A DNA stretch of 64,000 nt from Octopus vulgaris (lineage: Eukaryota). Of the stretch, positions 14,065 through 29,419 are shown one piece after another. Under the pieces are notes generated by a model that made no database searches, had not been told where the DNA came from, and was given only the letters and a program-made list of their open reading frames with translations. Every line of letters begins with the position of its first letter. Positions within the stretch are counted from its first letter, which is position 1. The position numbers and the translations under genes are program-made. The DNA lies in NCBI GenBank assembly GCA_951406725.2, contig OX597825.1, forward strand, positions 32,426,001 through 32,490,000, written 5' to 3'.

Positions 14065-14134
14065 CACACAGAAATATATATGTATGTGTATATCGACTTA
14101 AATACGTAAATATGAATATGCATATATATATATT

Positions 14135-14241
<107 letters not shown>

Positions 14242-14935
14242 TTATATATATATATATTATATATATATGTACTTATATATTCATACATCTATGCATATAT
14301 ATGCATGTATATATGTATGTATTACCACAAGACTTAATTGACATTAGAGGCAAGCTAGAAGAAACCACAAGTCTAATTTTCATAATCAATTTTGTCGTGT
14401 ATTTTGTTTTTTGTTTATCTCAACTGTCAAAAACTATTGACGTTCTGTTGCTCCTCTTTTCCTTACTCAATATTAACAACAACAACAACAAAAAATATTA
14501 CAAATAAACATCTAAATAATAATACCAAAAGGCAAGCGCGTTCATTTTGTCTTGACGATATGCCAGTCGTCTCAATTACTTCGCTTTTCTTCATGTTAGT
14601 TCACTCTCACACGTAGATAATCTGCGACTCGTCCATACACATGCGCGCCCGCGCCTCACATTAGTTTCTTTTCCTGCCTCGCAACATATTCTGTTGTTTC
14701 ATAATTCGTCCTACGTCTCTACGATGAAATAATGTCTATGGTAAGTTTATTTTTTTACCCTTTACTGGTTATCAGGCACTCGCCTACTAAACTGCAGCAC
14801 CGCTTTGATGAGGTTTCTGTTTGTCGGTTGATTATATCGGCTCCATACCAGTAGTTGGTCGAACTGCTAAGTTACGCGCATAAAAGGACACAGGTATAAC
14901 GACACAGGTTTTAGACTGACGTAAACATAAACATA

Positions 14936-15167
14936 GGCGGTGAGCTGGCAGAATCGTTAGCACGCCGGGCAAAATGCCTAGCGGTATTTCGTCAGCCGCT
15001 ACCTTCTGAGTTCAAATTCCGCCGAGGTCGACTTTGCCTTTCATCCTTTCGGGGTCGATTAAATAAATACCAGTTACGCACTAGGGTCGATATAATCAAC
15101 TTAATCTGTTTGTCTGTCCTTGTTTGTCCCTTCTGTGTTTAGCCCCTTGTGGGTAGTAAAGATATAA
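14936..15167 (+). mobile_element. Full-length tRNA-derived SINE family A with 15-bp TSD
   Basis: ggcggtgagctggcagaatcgttagc (A box) ... gagttcaaattcc (B box) ... ccccttgtgggtagtaaag; TSD gtaaacataaacata at 14921-14935 and 15168-15182. Confidence 0.92.
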
Positions 15168-15197
15168 GTAAACATAAACATAGGCGTGTATACACGC

Positions 15198-15257
<60 letters not shown>

Positions 15258-15744
15258 GTGCCTGTATGTGAGCAGTGCGCGCGTATGCGGTGTGTGTGTG
15301 TGTGTGTGTGTGTGTCCCACGAGTTTCCACACAGTTTTTCTTCGATCAAACTTCAGTCACGGATTAATGTTCACCTCAAGGCTATAGCAGAAGAGATTTT
15401 TCCAAGACGTCGCATGGTTATTCAGTTTCAAATGATATATTAGTTAAGATACATTACGTTTCTTTTTAATATGAAAATATTTTAGATTTATCATAAGTTT
15501 CCTGCCAGTATTAACCATTTTACTCTAATTGTATCAAAAAACATTCTTGCCACCATTCACTAAACTCTGCAACTTAATGTTCACAAAAGCGCAGACTTAA
15601 ATCTCAAAACTGCAACAATTCAACTGACATGGGTAAAGTATAAGTTAGCGCAATGAGAGGCGATCTTGTTATAAGATTTACGTTGTTAATATCATGAAGA
15701 ATCAATGCTATGCAATCACATTTAACATTCCGTTACAAATTTAA

Positions 15745-15910
15745 GACAGGAGTGGCTGTGTGGTAAGTAGCTTGCTTACCAATCACATGGTTCCGTGTTC
15801 AGTCCCACTGCGTGACATTTTGGGCAAGTGCCTTCTACTATAGCCTCGGGACGACCAAAGCCTTGAGTGGATTTGGAAAATGGAAACTGAAAGAAGCCGT
15901 CGTATACATG

Positions 15911-15992
<82 letters not shown>

Positions 15993-16200
15993 TATGTTTG
16001 TCTCCCCAACATCGCTTGGCAACCGATGCTGGTGTGTTTGCGTTCTATTACTTAGCGGTTCGACAAAAGAGACCGATAGAATAAGTACTAGGCTTCCAAA
16101 GAATAAGTCGTGGGGTCGATTTGCTCAACTAAAGGCGGTGCTTCAGCATGGCCACAGTCAAATGACTGAAACAAGTAAAAGCGTAAAGAGTAAAAGTATA
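15745..16200 (+). mobile_element. Full-length tRNA-derived SINE family B with internal (TA)n(TG)n
   Basis: tRNA-like head gtggctgtgtggtaag...gttcagtccc, CORE-like ttgggcaagtgccttc, tail cagtcaaatgactgaaacaagtaaaag; colinear with 57259-57700 and 40640-41035. Confidence 0.9.
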
Positions 16201-18242
16201 TAAGAAATTAATGTGTAAGTTAATAACGGTTATCCAGTTTAGTTTAACAGTACGCCCTCTGTGACAATGTGTGTAATTAGTTATGAAAGTACACAGTCTA
16301 AATGCTGCTGCTAAATACTTGTAAGTTTAAGGTTCATTTTTCATAGTTCCGGACTTAAACCCACGTGCTTTTACTTCCACCCACCCCTTTCCTATAAATC
16401 ACTGGTATCGACTTAATTGGCTGAAAAAGTATACCGTGTACTTTAAAGAATTATCATCAAAGAATTTATTGTTTTAAGATTGTTTCCACGAAGTTGTTAA
16501 CTTGTTATATTTAACATTCAAAGTTTCCATAAATCGTATCATAGTATCGTATAAGAGGGCTGACACATCCAGTCACGTAGTCCAGGGTACACTATGTTTG
16601 AATAGAAGACGGGATGGTCACAGATGGAACTTCTTTGATACTAAGATTGCTTCATCGAAGTTGTCTTTAAGATAAACAACAGCAACAAATTCATGCAAGT
16701 CATCCTGGCAAAACCACGTTAAAACGAAACCCTCTATCCACGAAGTTCTCAAGAATCTCCTCTCTGCTTTTGCAACAGTTTGAGTGGAACGCCAACGGCA
16801 TCATTCACATCGGTTTCGGTGTGTCTTTGAAGGCCATGAGCACAACCTCCTCCTCAAGACTTGACAAATAACAAAGGAAAAGGAAAAGAAAAGAATACTT
16901 AATACAAAACGAGTAGTAAACGAAATGAAGTAACTCAAACAAAAATTAAACCTTTATCGTAAACTCTAGCTGTCAGACACTTGATACCATTCTACTGTGC
17001 TCTTACTCTATCTCCCGTATTCTGCTATTCAAAAGTGGTCTTCTGCGAAGCCAAAAAGGAAAACCAAACAAAGAACACGTTCTTTTGATACATGACGCCA
17101 TATATTTTAATAAGGGCAGTTAATTGGCTGAATCGTTAAAACTTCACCCGAGGTGAAATTTTATATTTCAATATTCTGGAGTCGACAAAACAAGCCACCA
17201 ATCAAGCAGTGAGTCGCTGAATTGGCTGAGAAGGACATGAGAACAAAAATACTTACAGTGTCCATTTCCTCCAAGACAATCAATTTCGCTTTAACGCGCT
17301 GGAAAATATGGACGCTGTGCTGCTCTTGTAGATTATGGTATATGATGATAATGATGGCGATATTTTGATACGTATCTTTTAATCAGTTTAATAACATTTG
17401 AAAGGGTGATGAATTATTTGCACATAATTAATAATTTAGGAACAAAGGAGCAATTTATTAGATTGAAACACACACACGCACACTACCACATACAAGCACA
17501 AACACAGACATACACATACACACACACTGGCTCATACAAGCACAATTACGGATACAGACACACACACACACACATACACGCACACGATTACATATACAAT
17601 TTTATTTCTATATTAAGATTTCAGATTATTTCTAACGAATTTCTGAATCATCTTCATTAATCTTTAAATTATATGAATCAATAAAGACGATTTTGTGTAA
17701 ATTAATCATTTTAAGAAACTTAATTAGAACTTCTGTTTATCTGATTGGCCTAAGGCCAAAAATTCGCAAAGACAATTTTATAGTCAATAGACTCGATCCT
17801 AGTAAAAGACGGACACGGTTTTATCCTCTATAGAAAAATCAAAGACAAGGATTGAACCCAGAAAGAGCTAAAATTTAATTTAGTAAATGAGCTAAGCTGT
17901 AGGATCGCCTTTGGACATAAATTTTCATAGTGTTGTCACTGTCTATTCCCAGAAAACAATTTTGTTTAATTATTTCCCCTCCATCTTTAATTGGTGAAGG
18001 TTGCTTTTACCTTACAAATACTGATTCGGGATGTTACAAAATAATGTACATAAATTTTGTTAAGTATTGCTGTCATTTTCCGAAGCACTTATTTGGAATT
18101 GGACCTTTCAACTCCTAACTGTAGCTAGGTAGGTTTCTCAGATGAAAGTTTAAGGGAAAGAATTTGGTGATCTGACAATGTCTTCATTTTATCTTATTCA
18201 TCCTTTCTTGGAATCAAAATTTAGGAACATGATATTCGAAAG

Positions 18243-18356
<114 letters not shown>

Positions 18357-20519
18357 GCACGCGCGCGCGCACACACACACACACACACATACAGTGATTA
18401 GTATTCGCGTCATCGTTTCTAGTGATTCAGATCTCTGAATAGTCCGGTAAATGCTTTTTATTATCCCTCTCGTTGCAAGTTAAGAGGAAACCAAGTTATG
18501 AGCAAAAATCTACTCGTTATCTTAGGAAACCAAAATTATGAGCAACCTTTTATGAACCAAGTATTTACAGAGTGTCACTATTGGGTTTCTCAAAGTTACC
18601 ATTTTCGGTACCCATCCCTAAGTTTCTAAGTTCTTGACAGTTTATTGACGATGTGTGAATATGCCAAGAGACACAGCTAGAATCAGGTCATGAATTGTTT
18701 TTAATTGTTTTCTTCTTTAGATCAAGTTAGAACATTTCGATAGTATGTGGTGGTGGTGGTGATGGTGATATTGGTGGGAGTGGAGGTCTGTCTATAATGA
18801 AGATATCATTCCCATTAGCCAATTCATATATAACATCTAGAATTTCTTGAGTGAATAGATGCCTTTTATCTTTTCTCCAGCATCACTTACATAAGTTACC
18901 AGCTTTTCCCGATCATCACGTACATAAGTTATCGATTCTCTAACCTCACATTAATGCCATCTTCAAAGGTGTGGAATGTGGCCGGTTGGATATTCTGGTT
19001 CAGGTCAAATAAAATGTTAAGAGATAAACGGCAACCAGAACGGTGCTTTGCGCTAATCTTTGTTTTTATCATTGTAAGCATTTTGAGGAGAACCCTTGGC
19101 CACTACTATTTGACTTCGGTGCTCCAGGAAACAGAGATCAAAATACCCAACTTTCTATTACGGCAAGATTTTCAGATTTTGGTATATATAAGATTATGTG
19201 GACGACTGTCTCACAGGCTTTCGAGAAATTAATGTATAAACAGTCAACTCGTGATCAGGAAAACAGACAATAGAATTATGTTGTATTGTTGAAGAACTGG
19301 AGTCAACCATATTTTCTTGGCGGAAAACATGTGGGGCGTTCTTTTGAAAATGTTCTTGTTGAAAATACTTGCTCAAGGTACTGCGCAGTGCGATTGAACC
19401 CGAAACCATGAAAGCGTGAACCGAAATTCTTAACAACACAAAGATGACTGCACATCTTTAAGTATTTATATTATATTATATTATTTTAATTGCAACATGC
19501 TTTTAAGAATTTTACGGACCAAACGGATGGATCTTCGTCGTTTGTCGATGAGAATTCCGTTGTTCGATCAAGCGGATAACCTACACTTGGACTGACATAT
19601 AAGTAGCTGAGCATTCCACAGACGCGTGTATTCATAACTTTTTCTTTGACAAAGTGACAAAACTGTAGTCTTTGAATTGCGGATTCAGTTTGTCCGACGG
19701 ATTTCTATATAATTTCCGTCTACCTAGTTTCATTTACAAGCCATGGGTCGACCCTAGGTTAAGGTGTCATGCAATGGGATCGAACCCAACATTTCATGCG
19801 AAAATAAAGTTTTCATGGATATACTGCGAAGAATAGGAAGATTAAATCCAAAATGGCAAATTAAACTACTAATGCTGCTGCTGCTGTTGCTGCTACTGCT
19901 GCTGCTGCTGATGGTGATGATGACGATGACGATAATGATAATAGAGTGATGGTTGACTAATCGATAAGCACTGACGGTTTCTGGGAGGATTGTGATTGAT
20001 GTAACATTAATGCTGTCCTTAATGCATTATCATTAATGCAGTATCATCGCATAAAAGACTGACACAGCAGTTTATGAAGTCACATGATCTGTAGAATAAA
20101 TGGTCAGCTGATTGATAAGTGACAAGAGTCGGTGTATCGAGGTCACACTCAATCGACATAAGAAATATTAAAGACAAAATGGCGCATGAACACAGAAGCG
20201 CGCTTGAAATACACACGTAAAAATAGTTAAACAGTTTATGCAAAATTGAAATATGATTGTAAAATTTAAATAAGATGTAAGTTGGAATGTTAGAAAAAAA
20301 TTCAATCATCATTTAAAAAAAAATTGAATTTTTAAAGTTATAGATACACCGTGGCCTTTCACACATATTCATATATATGAATGTATAAATGTATATATGG
20401 ATGTATATGTGTACATATGTACGTACATATATGTTTCTATATATGCATATGTATAAATATATGTATATCAGTAATATGTTTATGTACACACATGTATACT
20501 ATATATCTAAAAATCTAGA

Positions 20520-20567
<48 letters not shown>

Positions 20568-21130
20568 CACACACATATATATACGTTTATATTTATACAT
20601 ATATATGCTTGCATAAATATACATATGTGTGAATATATACATACAGACACACACACAAACATATATATATATATATATATATATATGTACTCATGTAAGC
20701 ACATCTATATACAGATAGTTTCTGTCTCAAATTACTAAATAATATTTTTTGATTTAGTATCAAACAATTGCCAAGTACATTAATCATTTATTTTATTTTT
20801 TTGTAATTACAAAACACACATAAGTGTCTGAAATAAATTCTGTTTTTATATGTACATTTGTATTTTAATGTCTATTGATAAATGTAACAGATATACATAG
20901 ATGTCAAGTATGTATGTATAGAATATGCTTGTCAGTATATAGAATATAGGCACTGGAATAATATACATATACATATACATAATATATACACATACATTTA
21001 CATATACATATACATACATATGTATGCAGACACAAACACACATATATATCAACACTATTTCTCTTTGTCTTTCACTGTGCATATATATACACACATACAC
21101 ATATATATATGTATACATGCACACACACAC

Positions 21131-21168
<38 letters not shown>

Positions 21169-21642
21169 ATATGATGATATATATATGTGTGTATATGTGT
21201 GTGGGTGTTTGTGTGTGTGTATGTGTGTGTGAGTATAAATGTACATATATAGATGCACATAAGCACACGCATACATACTACCATATCACATACATAGCTG
21301 TGCACGTATGCATTATCTTCTTTTATGTAATCATTTCTAACATGGCGTTTCATTTTGTTTTACAGCATAATTATTATATTTATTGTTGTTGCTGTTGTTG
21401 TTGTTGTAATTGTGATTTTATGTTAAATCTAATTGAAGAAAAGAAATGAAACAAAAACCGGTAAAATGCTGAATAAAATTAGATGAGATAGAAAATGAAG
21501 TAAAAAGTGAAATATATATATATATATATATAAAAAAGGATTTGAAGTGAAATGCCACCCAAAATCGATACAAAACAAATCTTTCGAGTCATGAGTATGG
21601 TATGGATTCGTATATACATACATATATACATACATACATACA

Positions 21643-21686
<44 letters not shown>

Positions 21687-21728
21687 TATGCATATATTAT
21701 ATATATATATATATATATATGAATATGC

Positions 21729-21764
<36 letters not shown>

Positions 21765-21876
21765 CATATATTATATATATATATATATATATATGAATAT
21801 GCATATATTATATATATATATATATATATATGTATGTCTATATATATGAATATGTATATATTATATATATATTCAT

Positions 21877-21925
<49 letters not shown>

Positions 21926-22787
21926 CATATATATATGTACACGTACATATGCATAAATAAATTATATATAATTATTTATACGTCTTATACGTACAGAGAG
22001 AGGGAGAGCGAAAGCACGAGAGAGCGCGCGAGAAAGACAGTGAGAGAGAGTGTGTGAGAGTGAGAGGGAGAGAACACTTCTTTGTAAATTTTATCGATAC
22101 AGTGGCTGCTGCCGCCGATGCTGTATGTTGCTTTGCTTTTGTTGTTGTGGTTGTTATTGTTGCTGACATGTTTGTTATCAGCTGTGACATCAATGTGGCA
22201 TCCTGGGAAATAATAAACAACAAAAGTTATCGGTCTTGAACTAATCATTGTCAGAGACAACGTGAGACTTCGAAAAAAGCAGGGAGTCGGGAGGAGTGGA
22301 TGGAGATAGCACTGGAGCAGAGTTGGATATAATCAGAGGCGTCAAAAAGAATGGAGAGGCAAATCGGAAGATGTATACATGTATGGCTGTATGTGCATGT
22401 GCATGCGCGCGTGTGTGTATACTTGGATGTGCGTACATATATGTAATGATGTGCACTGTAGGTTGTGGTAAGATAGATGTCGCCACTTGTTGTTCTTGTC
22501 TGTACTCACGTGTAATTTTCAGTTTGTAAATACAGATGGTGAAATCGTAATAGCTGAAGTATTTTCTATTCTGAGAGTCATATATTCGCAACCACACACA
22601 CAAATATACACTCTTACAGTTAGATAAATACATATAAGTGTGTGTATATTAAACATATAAGAAACATATACGTGAACACACAAAAGTATATTATATATAT
22701 ATATATATATATGCACGAATATATATGCATAAAGATATATTGATGCATGTATGTACGTTTGAATATACAGATATATTTGTGTATTTG

Positions 22788-22861
<74 letters not shown>

Positions 22862-22862
22862 A

Positions 22863-22897
<35 letters not shown>

Positions 22898-23429
22898 CAT
22901 ATGTGCGTATATATGTATGCATGTATGTATGTACTTAGAGAGAAATACGGAGAGAGAGAGAGACAGAGAGAGACAGAGAGAGAGAGAGAGCAAGAGAGAA
23001 AGGAAGACATGCATGCATATACAAATAGAGGCGTAAATGCGTACATATAAACAAGATGTATTCAGTCATACGTATACAAATATATACAGATATACAAGTT
23101 AGCGTGTGTGAGTGTATGTGTATGTCTGTGCGTATATGTATGTATGTATGTATGTCATTATTCAGTTTATTTCAAGATTTCTTGCCAATAAAGAAAGAAC
23201 CAGTTTCCAACCTTGATCCAAGGCTCCTTAATTGGAATTTCAACATTAACAACAGGGTTTTTGTATGTATGTATGTATGCATGTATGTATATATGTATGT
23301 ATATATGTGTATGTATGTATGTATGTATGTATGTATGTATGTATGTTTGTATGTATGTATGAATGAATGCATGCATGTATGTATGTATGTATGTATGTAT
23401 ATATATATGTGTGTGTGTGTGTTTGTGTG

Positions 23430-23494
<65 letters not shown>

Positions 23495-23743
23495 ACTTTT
23501 ATTTCAGTTGCAAAATTTTCACGAAACTGTTACTCAGAGTTTCACATCCCCGATCGAAGGACAGTTGTGAAGAATATTGAATTAAAATCATCATTTTAAT
23601 TCATTATTCATCACAACAGTCCGACGAACAGTATTGTGAATCTCTGTCAAAATGTTGCAGCTTTAATAAAAGCATATTACTCTACCTTTGGTATTCGAGT
23701 ACTATTCTTTTCCACCTTGCTTTGCATTTATGTGCTTAATTGC

Positions 23744-23774
<31 letters not shown>

Positions 23775-23837
23775 TGTGTATAGAGAAAGAGTGAGAGAGA
23801 GACATATATACATATATATATATATTTACATGTACAC

Positions 23838-23904
<67 letters not shown>

Positions 23905-24251
23905 ATATATGTATATATACATATATATATATACACAAATATAAGAGAGTGTCCACTATGTGGTCGACTCTTGCGCTAAAAATAGATCCGCTATGGTCTC
24001 AACCACCAAAAATTGTTTCCAAGGAGAACCACAACTTACCACAGCTATTAGATTAATTTTGTCAATTGCTATTTTACTTGCATAATATATCCATAGTTCA
24101 TCAGTAGAATTTGTCTTGAATAACATAACGTCAAACACACGTGTGGTTTAGTCGATTATATTCGCAGTTATGATTCGAATGCCCTCGTTAAAGCGCGCCA
24201 AGATTCCGGAAACAAATAGTGCATAAAAAATTTACTGCAGTATAATTAAAA

Positions 24252-24333
<82 letters not shown>

Positions 24334-24351
24334 TATACATATATATATATA

Positions 24352-25155
24352 TTGGGTTGACAACTAAGTTCCCGCCATTTTTTAAAATTTTGGAATTTAT
24401 TTTCTTCAAGAATTACATTTTGAATAATTTCGGAATCTATTTTGTCTTTGTTTTTTTTTTCTAGTTAATTTTAGTTAATTTTTGTTTATTTTCAGATGTT
24501 TAAAATGGAATGTCAAGTTAAGAAAAACGAGCATTTTCGACACCTCCTTTTTGCTTTTAATCAAGGTTCTAAGGCCACAAAAGCTGTTCTCGACATTTGT
24601 TCTGTGTATGGGGAGGGTGACATAGCTGAATGAACCGCACGTGATTGGTATGCCAAGTTCAAAATTTGGAAATTTTGACCTCAAAGACGCACCTCGTTCT
24701 GGCCGTCCAGTTGAGTTCGATGAAGAACGATTAAACCAACTTTTGCACGAAAATTCTCATCAAACGACAATGGAACTGGCAGAGAAAAGAGAATGCTCCC
24801 ACACTGCTATAGAGAAGCATCTTCACTCGATGATAAAGGTCAGAAGTATAGAGCATGGGTTCCGCATGCTTTAAATGACAAGAACAAAAATCAACGAGTC
24901 ACAATCTCCGCTGGTTTGCTTGCTCGTCACCACTCAACTCATGGACAGAAGCAACGATTTCTTTACAGAATCGTTACTGGCGACGAAAAATGGTGCCTGT
25001 ACATCAATAAGAAGCAGCGTAAACAAGCGACACCGCGCGTGAAACAAGATCGTAAAACAATGTTGTGCGTATGGTGGGACTGGGAAGGAATTATCCATTA
25101 CGAATTGTTTGAACGGAACCAAACAGTCAACGCGGAATTCTATGTTCAATAGATG
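24352..25155 (+). mobile_element. 3'-truncated mariner DNA transposon with decayed transposase
   Basis: Probable left TIR ttgggttgacaactaagttccc directly after (TA)n; ATG at 24505 gives MECQVKKNEHFRHLL..., then D.PRSGRP, WVPHAL, RIVTGDEKW (first catalytic D), KTMLCVWWD; stops and frameshifts; no right TIR seen. Confidence 0.93.
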
Positions 25156-26030
25156 GAAGTATTTTTGGTTATTTCGTTTCTTCTCAACCACTTCCTCTTA
25201 TGATTTTTTAACTTTCTCTTTCAGCCTGTTACGTGGTCTTTAATATATATACCAAGGGATCCGCAATGCCGTCCCTTTATCCGTTAGAAACTGCTGCCAA
25301 ATTCCTTCTTAAAATTGGATTGGACACATGATAATGAAATTCTACATATGAAGCCAAACGGTGGAGATTGTTGCGATAGACTTTCTAAGAATAAGTTCTT
25401 AATATATAACCAATATGAGGAGATGGTCATGGGAGTAACGTCTGATACCAATTTCTTAAATATTTCATCAAAATGCCGGGCGTGTGGGGATAGTCATATC
25501 ATTATTGGATATATTTGACCATATTTCTGCTCAATGAAAACTGACATAGGATTAAAGAACTTCAGAATTTCTAGGTCATTGTTGAACGTTCTAGAAAACG
25601 TAGTCGTCACCCCCTCAGTTCACATCTTACCTTTTAATTTAAATAAAAGAAACAATGGACGATGTAACCCTAGATACACTATTCCTGCATGAAAACAAAA
25701 GATGAAATGGTTTAAACTAATAAATATTTGATCATAGATCAATTGAAATCGAAATGTACTCGAACAAAGACAACGACAATACCAACAATAGCAACATCAA
25801 GTACTTCAGAGATAGGCGTAAGACCAGTAATTTAAGGGGTCGGGTGAGGGTTAGTCGATTACATCACCCCAGTAATTGATTACTTTATTATTTTATCGAT
25901 CAGGGAGGGGGGATAAAGAGTAAAGATAACTTTGGAGGGAGAAAGGGCAAAAGATAACCTTAGAGAGATTTGAACTCAGAATTTTAAGAACCGTAGCGAA
26001 ATATCACAAGCAATTAGTTTTACTGGTGCA

Positions 26031-26634
26031 TTAATCCTATTATGCTTTTTGGGGTGGGGTTTGCTTTGAGAGTCCCGATTCGTGTTTCGTTTTGCATAAC
26101 TCTGGAAAGGAAGCAAAATTTTCTCTGAAATTTATCGTTTTAAATGCTAACATAACTGATATTGAAAAACAAAACGTTTTCCCCCGTTGCTATGGTAACG
26201 GCAGGAGTTGATCAGGTAGTATAAAATGATAACATTTCTTTGATTTATTTGTCACAGAATTTGATTATACAGCTTTTGTAACCGAAACAATAGCAAGGCT
26301 TTTGTTATGGAAAGGTGTTTGTCTATTAATGAAGTATATTCCTGTCAAGTTTCATTATCATATCATTAGTAGTTCTTGAAAAATTCAGGCAACTAAAAAG
26401 GCAATTTTTTTCTTAAATTGGTTAAATAAGATGACGTCATCACAAAAATGCTGATGTGAACAAAAGTTTTCTAACGCAGAAGTATTTGTCTCCGAATGGC
26501 CTATACATGGACCTAATCTCATTGTCATAGCAGTAGTGGTTCAGGAATAAAGTTGTGGGTCGGCGGCAGTCCTTAGAGCCTCAACCCTCAGGCTTAAGGA
26601 ACTTCTAAACTCCCATCCTGGTTTTATTGGGTAA
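26031..26634. mobile_element. Old non-autonomous DNA element, possibly piggyBac-like (TTAA-type ends)
   Basis: Ends ttaatcctattatgc...gggg and cccatcctggttttattgggtaaa form degenerate inverted termini; internal gttgctatggtaac palindrome. Confidence 0.4.
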
Positions 26635-26899
26635 ACGGCCATCCACCCTTACAGCAACAAGAATAGTAAAAACAACATCAATTACGACAACTATGAATTA
26701 TACAAATAAACCAGTGATGATCATCAACAAACATTATTTGATGTGCTAGAATTAGCAGCCAAATCGACCTCGAAATCAGACATTTATTAAATTCAAAGAT
26801 ATTAGATAACGTAGGCACACACATCAACCCACACACACACATGTATAAATATACCTTAACCACATCTCGAACTTTCATCACCACTCCTCATCAACATAG

Positions 26900-27357
26900 C
26901 AGCACTCCACCCGAGTTACCACTGGATCTTCGTACTCTTGTTGACACTGCTTTCGCGGATCTCACTGGCTATTTTCGTTGATGTTGATTAGAATCTACCA
27001 CGACTTTTGAATTTTCTGAATTTTCTGAACTTTTAAACCTCGTGCGTTAATACTTTGCAATTCTCTCTCCTTTTTAGTTTATCTCCTTTTTTTCTCTTTT
27101 TCTTTTTCTTTCTCCCTTTTCCAGCATGCCTAATTATATGCCCTTCCTCCTCAATCGCCATGTTGGACCACTGATCTCAACACGTTTTTTTAATTCTCTC
27201 TATTTATTTCCTCTTGATCCTTTCTGTCGAAGAGCGTAGGCTCGAAACGTAAAATACTTTTTCATCTTACCCGAGCGTCAAACTAATACACTTGTTTGCT
27301 GTTCCTACACCTGTCTTCCTCTTTTGTCTTTCTATAAATTTCAACTGTATATATATA
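26900..27357 (+). mobile_element. Penelope-like 3' end or pseudo-LTR with HHR (family D), ending at a short (TA)n
   Basis: HHR motif at 27220-27255; 27190-27350 is the reverse complement homolog of 30797-30960; acttttaaacctcgtgcgtta may be a decayed GIY-YIG C-terminal (T..P.GLN) segment. Confidence 0.65.
27220..27255 (+). ncRNA. Hammerhead-like motif, A6->U core (family D)
   Basis: cttt CTGTCGA a gagc-gtag-gctc GAAAC GTA aaa. Confidence 0.6.
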
Positions 27358-27415
27358 GTATTTCTGAAAAGAAGACTGGTCATAGTGGAACACTTTCTCT
27401 GAAACACAGGGTCAA

Positions 27416-27416
<1 letters not shown>

Positions 27417-27480
<64 letters not shown>

Positions 27481-27550
27481 GACTGCTGCTGCTGCTGCCG
27501 ATGCTGCTGCTGTTGCTGCTGCTACTGCTGCTATTGATGCTACAGCTGCT
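27417..27550. repeat. (CTA)n-(CTG)n compound microsatellite
   Basis: Directly visible. Confidence 0.95.
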
Positions 27551-28439
27551 ATTGAGTTAGTATGTGCCTCTTCATTAGGTATAATTTAATGTCATGCCCT
27601 GGCTGTAATATATTTTGTTTGGTAAGTAAAGGTTGGTAAAATTTATTTTATTGTACACAAACAAAACATTAGACTATGAATGAAGTCTTTTCATTGTGTT
27701 TAACCAAAATGTCAGCTACAATATAACTGTGGCTCTTTCATTTCTTCTATAATATAAGAAAGAAATCATTCTAGAAGTGTACCTATCTTTTCTTACCAGT
27801 TGACCTTCCAATATTGGCAGTTTTACGTATATTGATTCCTTAACATTTTTAACAAACAAATAAACACACATACACCCATATATATTTATATGTGTGTGTG
27901 TATGTGTGCGCGTGCGTGTGTGTGTGTGTGTGTGTGTGCGTGTGTCTTGAATCATGTTTGCTCCGGTATATAGGAGACAGGATAAAAAGTCACTTTTTAT
28001 TCCGTCTACTACAGTATGTATGTATGCGTGCATGCATGCATGTATGTGTGCATGTGTACGAGAGAGAGTTAGATAGATAATGCTGATTTGAAGTTAGTTT
28101 AGCGGCTTATTCAAGGCGCTGCAGACACACACACACGCCCACACACATGCACATATATGTACATACACACACACACATACACATATATATATGTATGCAC
28201 ATAGGTTTATACATATGCACACACATGCACATACACATGCACATATATGTACACACACACACACACATATATATATATGTACATATATGTACATACAAAT
28301 ACATATGTCCATATATACACACACACATATATATGTGTGTATATAGGTCTATACATATGCACACAAATACACACACCTATAAAAAGGTAAATATTTACCT
28401 ATATATAGGTGTGTGTGTATTTGTGTGCATATGTATATA

Positions 28440-28530
<91 letters not shown>

Positions 28531-28633
28531 ATGCATATATATACATACTTGTATACATATATATTTAGTTGTAGATAATCATGTATATATATATGTATAC
28601 CTATATTTAAATGTGTATAGGTATATGTATATA

Positions 28634-28730
<97 letters not shown>

Positions 28731-29419
28731 CACATTTAAATATAGGTATACATACATAATTGTAAATGTATATATATATATGAGCATGTTTGTATTTATT
28801 ATTTTGTTTATGTACTGATTTACACTAAACATGTATTCACTAAATGTCTGAATTGTGATTGTAGAGTTCAAATAATATTTACTGTCAATACTGTGTGTTT
28901 ACTTCAAGTTTCGCCGAGAGTGTCTTCTGCAAACAGTACCGGAGAAACTCTAAACTAAATTCTCAATATACATAAATATATATACATATATTTATTCATA
29001 TATTATAAAGCAAATAAGAATACGTGAAAACCTGTATGATAGATATAGGCAACAAGTGTTCGGACTGGACCTGATACGGAGGGAGATGAAATCCAGGTAA
29101 ACAAGTGTTGGCTGTAGGTAAGGTGCCGGTCGAATTAGTGAAAGTATCGTAAAATAAATAATAGATGAATAGTAGCAAATGGTATTAAAAGCATTTATAA
29201 ATACTTTGATATCATTAACAATGACTTGTCCATCTTTTATAACCTGTGATACGACGTGCAACTGTACAGTATCTAGAAACTACTCTTTGGGGATTAATTA
29301 CTTACACTTTAATGGTGTGTATAAATATATCGTCACTATCACACAGACCCAATTCGCCAAAGTTTACATTAATGCTCGAGTGATTTTCAGCGTCGTTATC
29401 TGATACTTCTGAGCTCTTT

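Noticed and set aside
14936-15020. tRNA-like A/B boxes here and at 54190-54258 and 56464-56535
   Set aside because: They are SINE heads followed by SINE bodies; no complete cloverleaf
22054-22380. Purine-rich unique-looking stretch as a possible host exon or 5' UTR
   Set aside because: No recognisable protein motif or supportable splice pair
23494-23720. Possible decayed hammerheads (ttgcaaaa...cgaaactgttact; ccgacga acag...ctgt caaaatgttg)
   Set aside because: Several core substitutions would have to be assumed and stem I is not convincing
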